Assembly: GCA_020846885.1 (NCBI GenBank)
Contig: JADLDC010000267.1
Coordinates: forward strand, 5,308 to 69,307
Source of the DNA: Acidobacteriota bacterium
GTDB lineage: Bacteria > Acidobacteriota > Blastocatellia > Pyrinomonadales > Pyrinomonadaceae
Direction of reading: 5' to 3'
Length of the DNA stretch: 64,000 nucleotides
Position numbers and translations under genes: made by a program. Shown here piece after piece: positions 57,224 through 64,000 of the stretch. The notes beneath the pieces were generated by a model. It had not been told where the DNA came from, did no database searches, and saw only the letters and a program-made list of their open reading frames with translations. The first letter of the stretch is position 1, and each line of letters opens with the position of its first letter.

Positions 57224-60200
57224 ATGGCTGATCTCAAAATTTCAATTGATCTTGATTCGAGCGGTGTAAAGACCGGGGCGGCGGCGGTGCGGTCGGAGAT
57301 GAGATCGCTGGCGGCGATCGATCTTACGCGGCTAAAGGCACAACTGGCGGCGATCGGGCCGCAGATCAAGGAGATCGGGAACCAGCTTCGCGGAATGGGA
57401 ACTGCTCTGACGGCTGGATTGTCGCTGCCGCTCGCGGGGCTTGCAACGCTTGGGGTGAAATCGGCGTTGGAGCTGGACGCGGTGCGAACGAAGATCACGG
57501 CACTTGTGGGCGACGCCGAGAATGCGAACGCGAAGATCGCGGAATTGCGCGATCTCGCGGGCAAAAGCGTCGGCGTGACGCAGGCGGCGGCACTTGAGAC
57601 ATTTGCCCAGTTAAAAGGGATCGGCGGGATCGCGGACGAATCGATAAACAAGATCATCGGGAGCCTGGGCAAACTGAACGCGGCGTTCAAGGTCGAAGAC
57701 CAGGCGGGTTTCCTGCGCAATCTGACGCAGATATTCAGCCAGGGCTTTGAGATCGCGGACATCAAGGAAGCGATCGGGCGGGTACCGATCTTTCGGCAAC
57801 TGCTGACACAGGCATTTGGGACGGATGACCCGGAGAAGCTAAAGCAGCTAAAGGACGCGGGCAAGCTGACGCTTGACGGGTTTCTGACGGGAGTTTCGGA
57901 CGCGATAAACAGCGACCCGCGGACGGCGAACATCGGCGAGAATCTGACAACGAAACTGGCCAAGGGAATGGAACGGCTGAATGTCGCCCTGGCGCCGATC
58001 GGGCAGGTGATCCTGGATGTGATCGTTCCGATAATCGAGCAGGCAACGCCGTATATCGAGGCACTGGCCAAGTGGTTTTCGGGCCTCTCGAAACCGGTGC
58101 AGACGGCGATCGTCGCGGTTGCGGCATTCGCGGCGGCGATCGGGCCCGTGCTGATCATTGTCGGCTCGCTGGTAGCGGCGATCGGAACATTGATCGGGTC
58201 AGCGACTGGAATAGGCATTGCGATATTGGCTGTGATGGGGATCATTGTCCAGCTTGGGCCGCTGCTGGCCGTCGTCAGTGCTGAAGTCTATCTGCTGTAT
58301 AAGGCATGGGATACCAATTTTAAGGGGATACGAACGCTCACGGTCGAAACGATCGCGACCGTAAGAGCGGCAATAGACGCGGGGCTCGCGGCGATCACAG
58401 CCTTTTGGGAACGCCACGGCACGCGGATCAAGGAAGTCGCGAGAGCGGCGTGGAACACCGTAAGTTCGGTTGTTTCGGCCGCGATGGGCGTTTTGGGAAA
58501 CGTTGTTCGGCTGGGCCTGCAGATCGTCAACAGAAACTGGTCGGGAGCCTGGCAAACATATCTGGACATCGTCAGGGAGGCCGGCCGTCTGGTGGGCGAG
58601 ATCATTTCGGGAATGCATGAGGTGATCCGAACGATCCTGGCTGCCGTGCTGCCGGTCATTGTCGAGTATGGATCTCAATTCATATCTGCCATGGCGGCCT
58701 GGGCGACGCGGGCTGTGACAAGGGCTGCCTTGATACTTGCAACTCTTCCCGCTCAACTGATTCGATTGGTCCCGCGGCTAATAGCGGCGGGCCGCTCGAT
58801 AGCATCGGCTATATGGGAAGGCATTAAGGCTGGTCTGGCCGCCGGTGCCGAAGCTCAGGCTGGAGGCGAGATCGCGTTTGCCGGGGCACAGGCCGGCGGG
58901 TCGGTACTTGGTGCGTTGACGGCCGGGATCGGAAATATCGCGGGCGATGCGGCAAAGGCCGGACAGGCGGCGGCGAAGGCATTGACGCCAATACAGGAGC
59001 TGCGGCGGCAACTGGCCGACGCACAGGCGGCATACGATCTTCTGGCCAACAACGGCGAAGCTCAGAGGCTGACGGTTGAGACGGCAAAGCTTCAAGAGCA
59101 AAAGGGAGCGTTGGAAGAACTATTAAGACTGCGTGACACCGCCAATATCAACCGGGACCGTGAGCTGCCAAAAACTCTGGCCGGGATCAACGCGGAAATC
59201 GAGGGCATCCGGAAAATATCGCAGGCGGCGAAAGACGCCAAGGATGCGAAAGAGCGGTTGAGAGAGGCACTTGCGGCGAAAGAAGCTTCGATAATCTCGT
59301 CCGGGCGTGATGATCGGACGCGGATCGATGGAGAGATCGCGCAGTTGAATCAGCAGATCGCTTTTGGACGCGAGCTGACGGATGTTGAGAAAGTGATGAT
59401 CCAGAACCGGGTCGAGCTAAAGCTGCTGCAGGGGCAGCTGGCGGACACGGGAGCGTCAGACGCTCAGATCATGGCGGTCGTTCAGCAAATGGAAGAACAG
59501 CAAAAGCTGAATTTGGCGAAGCAGACGGAACTTCAACTCGCCCGCGAGATCGCGGATGCCCAACGAGCGGGCCGCGGACTGATCGCCGATCTTGATGGGG
59601 AAATTGCGGGCTTGAACGTGCAGCTCGGTCTTTCGGCCGAATTGTCGCGGGCGGATGCAGCGGCAAAGTTTTTGCAGACGGAAGCAGGCAAGAAGCTGGA
59701 TGACGCGACGCGGGCGTTGATCATTGCAAAGGCACAGGAGATCGACCGGCTGCGGGAACTGGCACAGGCACAGGCAGAGGCGAGGCGGCAGTATGACGAA
59801 GTTTTCAACACGGTCCGCGACAGCCTTGACGTGCTGGCAAATGAGGGTTTTGGCGGTTTCTTTAAGAGTGTCATCAATAAGTTTCAGAGCTTTCTTCGGG
59901 ATATGCTGGCGGAGTGGCTGACGAGTCAATTCTTTCAGTTGATGAACAAGGGCGGTGGAATTGGGCAGGGAGCGGGAGCATCGGGTTCGGGCGGCGGCTG
60001 GATGTTCGGGTCGATATTGAACGGGCTATTTGGGAAAGGTTCGGGCGGAATGGGGCCGGGCGGAACGCCGATGTACAACGGGAACAGTTCGGGCGGGTTC
60101 AGTTTTGGCGGCGGTTCGGGTATTTCGGCGGGCGACACGCGGATCTACGATCTTAACGGAAACGTGGCCGGCGGATCGCGTGGGGGCGGATCGGGCGGCG

Positions 60201-61057
60201 GCTTTCTCGGAAGCGTCGGCGGGTTGGCGGGCGGGCTTTCGCTGGCCGGTGCGGGAGCAAGCATGCTCGGCGGAATGATCGGCGGACGCGTCGGCGGGTT
60301 TATTTCAAACATCGGGACCGGTGTAGCCCTTGGAGCACAAATTGGTTCGATCATCCCAGGCATCGGCACTGTGGTCGGTGCGGTGGTCGGCGGTGCGGTC
60401 GGGTTTTTCGCCTCGCTATTCGGCGGCGATCCGAAGCGGAAGCGGGATAAGAAGGAGAAGCTGCCGCAGTTGAATCGCGGGTTTACGGACAGCCTGGCCG
60501 AGCTGCGGCAGTTGATCGGGGATGTGCGGACACTGCGTGTTTCGCCGGACTCGGCGTTGGCCAAGGCGACGGAGCTGCGGAGCCAGATCGCCAGTGGTTT
60601 CGGCATCCAGTTCGAGTCAAAGAAATATCGCAATATAGCCGCAGATCTGATCAGGCGGCGGCTCAGCGAAGCGGACGCATTGATCGTCGAGCTAAGGCAG
60701 GCGGCCGAGGTCGCACGTGCGGCCGGCGAACGCGAGCGGCGCATACTGCCGGAGTTTGCGGCGGGCGGTTTTCCACGGGTTGGCCAGGTGTCGCTAGTCG
60801 GCGAACGCGGGCCGGAGCTGTTCGTGCCGAACGTTTCAGGGCGGGTAATTTCGAACGATGAAACTCAAAAGATACTGAACGGCCGAGGCGGCGGCGAACC
60901 GATAACGGTCGTGCTGCAGGTGGAACACACGATCGACTCGGAAGGGATGGTACACACGCAGGTTAAGAATTCGTCAAAAGTACAGCGTGAGATAAAGGTG
61001 GTTGTTCAGGACCAGTTCAGGAACAGCGAGATCGATACGAGACGGAGAGGTATTTGA
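57224..61057 (+). CDS. tail tape measure protein
   Basis: 1277 aa. Ala/Gly-rich TM-like central block, long coiled coils and Gly-rich low-complexity segments, in the canonical position. Confidence 0.85.
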   Translation: MADLKISIDLDSSGVKTGAAAVRSEMRSLAAIDLTRLKAQLAAIGPQIKEIGNQLRGMGTALTAGLSLPLAGLATLGVKSALELDAVRTKITALVGDAENANAKIAELRDLAGKSVGVTQAAALETFAQLKGIGGIADESINKIIGSLGKLNAAFKVEDQAGFLRNLTQIFSQGFEIADIKEAIGRVPIFRQLLTQAFGTDDPEKLKQLKDAGKLTLDGFLTGVSDAINSDPRTANIGENLTTKLAKGMERLNVALAPIGQVILDVIVPIIEQATPYIEALAKWFSGLSKPVQTAIVAVAAFAAAIGPVLIIVGSLVAAIGTLIGSATGIGIAILAVMGIIVQLGPLLAVVSAEVYLLYKAWDTNFKGIRTLTVETIATVRAAIDAGLAAITAFWERHGTRIKEVARAAWNTVSSVVSAAMGVLGNVVRLGLQIVNRNWSGAWQTYLDIVREAGRLVGEIISGMHEVIRTILAAVLPVIVEYGSQFISAMAAWATRAVTRAALILATLPAQLIRLVPRLIAAGRSIASAIWEGIKAGLAAGAEAQAGGEIAFAGAQAGGSVLGALTAGIGNIAGDAAKAGQAAAKALTPIQELRRQLADAQAAYDLLANNGEAQRLTVETAKLQEQKGALEELLRLRDTANINRDRELPKTLAGINAEIEGIRKISQAAKDAKDAKERLREALAAKEASIISSGRDDRTRIDGEIAQLNQQIAFGRELTDVEKVMIQNRVELKLLQGQLADTGASDAQIMAVVQQMEEQQKLNLAKQTELQLAREIADAQRAGRGLIADLDGEIAGLNVQLGLSAELSRADAAAKFLQTEAGKKLDDATRALIIAKAQEIDRLRELAQAQAEARRQYDEVFNTVRDSLDVLANEGFGGFFKSVINKFQSFLRDMLAEWLTSQFFQLMNKGGGIGQGAGASGSGGGWMFGSILNGLFGKGSGGMGPGGTPMYNGNSSGGFSFGGGSGISAGDTRIYDLNGNVAGGSRGGGSGGGFLGSVGGLAGGLSLAGAGASMLGGMIGGRVGGFISNIGTGVALGAQIGSIIPGIGTVVGAVVGGAVGFFASLFGGDPKRKRDKKEKLPQLNRGFTDSLAELRQLIGDVRTLRVSPDSALAKATELRSQIASGFGIQFESKKYRNIAADLIRRRLSEADALIVELRQAAEVARAAGERERRILPEFAAGGFPRVGQVSLVGERGPELFVPNVSGRVISNDETQKILNGRGGGEPITVVLQVEHTIDSEGMVHTQVKNSSKVQREIKVVVQDQFRNSEIDTRRRGI

Positions 61058-61072
61058 TGAAGTCAACGGAGA

Positions 61073-61126
61073 GGAACCACCCCGTCCGCCCAAAGCGGCG
61101 TCCACCCCTCCTCAGACAAGGAGGGG
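61073..61126 (+). repeat. structured element C: GGAACCACCCC box, CCGC-CCAAA-GCGG hairpin, then CCCCTCCT-CAGACA-AGGAGGGG hairpin
   Basis: It ends 10 nt before ATG 61137. Confidence 0.8.
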
Positions 61127-61136
61127 AGCCGGAATA

Positions 61137-62273
61137 ATGGCAAGACCGATGACATCTCCGCTGCAGGCATTGCTTGATCTCGGCTCGTGCAACACGCAGA
61201 CGACGTTGAGCCTGTATCCGGTTTCGGGCAGTCCGGTCCACATCGCGACTGACGCGTTTAACGCGGACGGCAAGGACTTTACGGCCGACCTGCGAAAGAC
61301 GGACGACATTCGCCAAACGATCGGGGCAACGCCCGATCGCGTTAATGTGCAGATCCAGAATGTGGATAAGGCGTTCGGCCTGACATTGAGCTCAGAATCG
61401 CTGGCCAAGGCGACGGCGGTCGTCGGGCGTTTTTTTCGAAAGGAAAACGATCTCGGTGTCAGCGAGTGGAGAGAGCTTTTCCGCGGCCAGGCCGTGCCGA
61501 TTGAGATACTGGACGGGTCGGCGAGGATAGAGGTTTTGCACGATCTGGTCGCGGCGGGCTATTGCGTGGCCGCATGGAGCCTGGGCGAAAACTGCCAGCT
61601 TGTTTACAAGCATGCCGGAACGTGCGGTTTTACGGGAGCCGACCCGACCTGCAACAAGAAACGAAAATCACTGCAGGGCTGTGCCGGAAAGATCGTCACG
61701 GGCACGACAACGAACGAATATCGGTTCGGCGGAATGGAGTTTCCTGACGTTCAGGTACCGGAGCCGCCGAGCGGCGGGACCGGAGGTGGAGGCGGAGTTG
61801 GCCATCCGACGTGTCCGCGGCTGGACCAGTGGGTACGCGTCAGGGGCCGCGGCTGGCTGCCGGTGCCGAAACAGGTCGGCAAACTGACCGTGGCCGATGA
61901 GCTTTACCATCCGATCTGGAAAACGTTTCACGCGATCGGGTCGGCGGTGATCATTCCGGGGCAGCGGATATGGGGCATCGTCGCGACAAACTTCGCACGC
62001 GGATACTCGTCGTTTTCGCACCCGGTATTTCCTGACCGCAAACATTCGGCCGGAATTCCGGTCTCGCGGGTCGCCGGCCATCACTCGTTATTGACATGGA
62101 ATTCCGGCGAGCTTTCGGACACGTCGGTCGGCTCATCGTTCGATACCGGAAAAACGGGCGACGTGATGGAGATCAAAATGGCCGACGGCCACGTTTACTG
62201 TTATTCGGACACTCCGGATGGCCCGTATATCGTGTGCCACAACTCAAAGCCGATCGCCCCGGACCTTCTTTAA
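61137..62273 (+). CDS. gpL-like / DUF2163-like tail-tip protein with a C-terminal Hint (intein-like) domain
   Basis: The Cys cluster CQLVYKHAGTCGFTGADPTCNKKRKSLQGC...NEYRFGGMEFP resembles the Fe-S motif of lambda gpL-type proteins. A Gly-rich linker and a Hint domain follow. Confidence 0.6.
   Translation: MARPMTSPLQALLDLGSCNTQTTLSLYPVSGSPVHIATDAFNADGKDFTADLRKTDDIRQTIGATPDRVNVQIQNVDKAFGLTLSSESLAKATAVVGRFFRKENDLGVSEWRELFRGQAVPIEILDGSARIEVLHDLVAAGYCVAAWSLGENCQLVYKHAGTCGFTGADPTCNKKRKSLQGCAGKIVTGTTTNEYRFGGMEFPDVQVPEPPSGGTGGGGGVGHPTCPRLDQWVRVRGRGWLPVPKQVGKLTVADELYHPIWKTFHAIGSAVIIPGQRIWGIVATNFARGYSSFSHPVFPDRKHSAGIPVSRVAGHHSLLTWNSGELSDTSVGSSFDTGKTGDVMEIKMADGHVYCYSDTPDGPYIVCHNSKPIAPDLL
61812..62243 (+). 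other. Hint / bacterial-intein-like domain (144 aa) at the C-terminus of the tail-tip protein
   Basis: It starts with Cys (HPT|CPRLDQWVRVRG...GKLTVADEL). Block B-like SSFSHPVF. It ends VMEIKMADGHVYCY...GPYIVCHN|S. Only 9 residues follow. Confidence 0.6.
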
Positions 62274-62275
62274 TT

Positions 62276-63916
62276 ATGCCGCTGATAAATCATTTAAAAG
62301 GTGTTGACGCTCAGAACATGTTTCTGGCGGTTGCCTACGGCAAGCATGTGGTCGCCGGCCACCTGACCAAATCGCTGATCACCGGGGCATCAGGCAGCCA
62401 CACGATCAAGCTGCAGCAACTGCTTGGCCGCGGGCCGTGGGATGGCTGTGAAGGCCTCTGGTTCAAAGGCCTGGAAATTACGCCGGCGAACTACAAGTTC
62501 TATCCGGGTATTCAATCGACCGGAATGGGCGACACAACGCAGGGCCAGGACACGGTATTCTCGACAGACACTCCGCACAGCGGCGTCGCATGGATACGGG
62601 CAACGCTGGCGACGGGCGTGGGTGATTTCGATACAAAGAATTCACCGCCTCTGGGCCTTAGCGGGATCTTCAGGACAATGAAGATACAGGACTATGACGA
62701 CATAGGCGACCCGGACGGCGTGCTCGGATATTCAGCGAATCCGGCTTTGGAAGTTGCGGACCTCATCCTTCGCATAGGCGGGCGGCCGGCGTCGAGAATT
62801 CACTGGCCGACATGGGTTGAATGGCGTGATTTTCTGGCCGCCGCGATCCCGCATGACTACACGGCGTTGCCGGGGCAGGACGGGTTTGGACTGCGCGGAG
62901 AATATTACAACGGGGCCAGTTTTAACACGTTGGTCTTTGACCGGATCGATCCGGTCATTGAATTCCCGTTGTCCGCCGGATCGCCGGGAATCGGGATCAA
63001 TGTCGATAACTTCAGCGTCCGATGGGAAGGCAAGATCAAGCCGATGTACACGGAAACGTACACCTTATATATTACACACGATAACGGAGGCAAGCTCTGG
63101 GTCAATAATCTGTCCGTTCCGCTGATCGACCAATGGGGTACGACGGGCACGCATTCCGCGACGATCGCCCTGACGGCCGGCCAGTTTTACGATATCAAGG
63201 TCGAGTGGAACGGGACCGGAGGCAGTGAGGAATTGAGGCTCGAATGGCAAAGCACATCGCAGAACCGCGAGGTCGTATCGCATCGGGCGTTGTACCCCAA
63301 AACCGTCAACCGGCCGCGCTATGAAACGCATCCCTTTTTTGCCGGACCTACGCGACTGGACGACGCCGTGCGGACGATCCTGAACCTGTGCAATTCGACC
63401 TATCAGGAAGTGGATGGCAAGCTGCGGTTTTTCTGCCTCGAACAGCTCGCAACTAAAACCTTCCAGTTCACCAACGACAAGATCGTAAATGGGCAGGTTC
63501 GGGTAATTCCGCGTGATGTTTCAAACCTGCGAAACTCATGGCAGGCGAAGTTTCGCAATCTTGATTCGCAGTATGTTGAAGAAGACCTCGACCCGATCAA
63601 TATCGAACGCGATGCCCTGATAACCGCGGCCGGACGCAAGATCGACGGTGAGGCGATAGATCTGTTCAACTGCAACCGCCACCAGGCCTATCGAACGCTG
63701 GACAACTATATCAAGCGTACGGTTGACAGCAAATTTGACTTTGAACTGGACGGCACCGCGGACACGTTTCAGGTGCTCGCCGGCGATCGCGTCGGCGTAG
63801 ATGTCGAGTTTTTGAATTGGACGAACAAGGACGTGCTTGTGCTGGGATCAAACGACGCATCGTCGGAAGAAACCGCCGACGAAAGGCGTTTTGTGATGCA
63901 GGAATGGACGCTCTAA
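62276..63916 (+). CDS. tail-tip / host-specificity protein carrying a PA14 carbohydrate-binding domain
   Basis: The PA14 signature GLRGEYYNGASFNTLVFDRIDPVIEF...FSVRWEGKIKPMYTETYTLYITHDNGGKLWVNN...YDIKVEWNGTGGSEELRLEW lies at about 62888-63250. Confidence 0.7.
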   Translation: MPLINHLKGVDAQNMFLAVAYGKHVVAGHLTKSLITGASGSHTIKLQQLLGRGPWDGCEGLWFKGLEITPANYKFYPGIQSTGMGDTTQGQDTVFSTDTPHSGVAWIRATLATGVGDFDTKNSPPLGLSGIFRTMKIQDYDDIGDPDGVLGYSANPALEVADLILRIGGRPASRIHWPTWVEWRDFLAAAIPHDYTALPGQDGFGLRGEYYNGASFNTLVFDRIDPVIEFPLSAGSPGIGINVDNFSVRWEGKIKPMYTETYTLYITHDNGGKLWVNNLSVPLIDQWGTTGTHSATIALTAGQFYDIKVEWNGTGGSEELRLEWQSTSQNREVVSHRALYPKTVNRPRYETHPFFAGPTRLDDAVRTILNLCNSTYQEVDGKLRFFCLEQLATKTFQFTNDKIVNGQVRVIPRDVSNLRNSWQAKFRNLDSQYVEEDLDPINIERDALITAAGRKIDGEAIDLFNCNRHQAYRTLDNYIKRTVDSKFDFELDGTADTFQVLAGDRVGVDVEFLNWTNKDVLVLGSNDASSEETADERRFVMQEWTL

Positions 63917-63928
63917 GGGGAGAGACGA

Positions 63929-64000
63929 ATGGCTTACGCAACCAAATGGGCGGATCTTAAACCGATCCCGACCGAAGGCCTTGAAGCCTGGCATCAGGTG
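63929..64000 (+). CDS. next tail gene, 5' fragment only
   Basis: ATG 63929 with GGGGAGAGA upstream. Open to the window end (MAYATKWADLKPIPTEGLEAWHQV). Confidence 0.4.
   Translation, partial: MAYATKWADLKPIPTEGLEAWHQV

Larger units (their letters stand above)
22801..64000. mobile_element. Mu-like transposable prophage (siphovirus-type tail module); left end near 22.80 kb, right end beyond the window
   Basis: Contains a DDE transposase with a MuB-like AAA+ ATPase, GemA-like, Gam-like and MuF-like genes, terminase, portal, capsid, tape measure and tail-tip genes. The insertion interrupts a housekeeping-type CDS rather than a tRNA gene. Confidence 0.85.

Noticed and set aside
62096-62275. Upstream extension of the PA14 tail protein ORF (track start 62096)
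   Set aside because: It overlaps the Hint domain of the preceding gene in another frame. ATG 62276 lies 3 nt after the upstream stop and begins sensible sequence (MPLINHLKG...).

Overview
The window has two parts. (1) 1-22.8 kb is ordinary chromosome from a GC-rich aerobic bacterium. It carries an LVIVD-repeat protein, a DUF305 protein and a contiguous minus-strand respiratory supercluster: Alternative Complex III actABCDEFG followed by caa3-type cytochrome oxidase subunits II-I-III-IV. On the plus strand follow a PoxB-type pyruvate:quinone oxidoreductase, a DUF1440-like protein, a LarA-like protein, a YdiJ-like FAD/Fe-S oxidoreductase, a PPC/DUF296 protein, a VKOR protein and an M24 peptidase gene. 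(2) The M24 gene is cut off at about 22.80 kb by a transposable Mu-like siphovirus-type prophage that runs to the window end, so its right end is not seen. The early genes are read leftward (Ner/Cro-like, Rha, GemA-like, DDE transposase, MuB-like ATPase, HD hydrolase, Dam). A divergent repressor sits at 33.8 kb. Moron, lysis, packaging, head and tail genes are read rightward. The most unusual content is inside the prophage. (a) An intein interrupts the conserved HxNCRC motif of the MuF-like head protein, and its Vsr/DUF559-like homing endonuclease appears to be encoded on the opposite strand, codon-aligned with the intein. (b) A second Hint/BIL domain forms the C-terminus of a gpL-like tail-tip protein. 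(c) An antisense HNH endonuclease is wedged between terminase and portal. (d) There are at least four families of dispersed structured repeats. One is an 11-copy CAAACTGAAGTTTG-core palindrome with compensatory arm changes that sits on gene junctions. One is a 151-bp module duplicated upstream of two operons, with hairpin-containing mini-ORFs. One is a CCCCTCCT/AGGAGGGG hairpin element. One is a REP-like CACAGAG element inserted in frame in the large terminase. All functional calls rest on my reading of motifs in the translations. No database search was possible.
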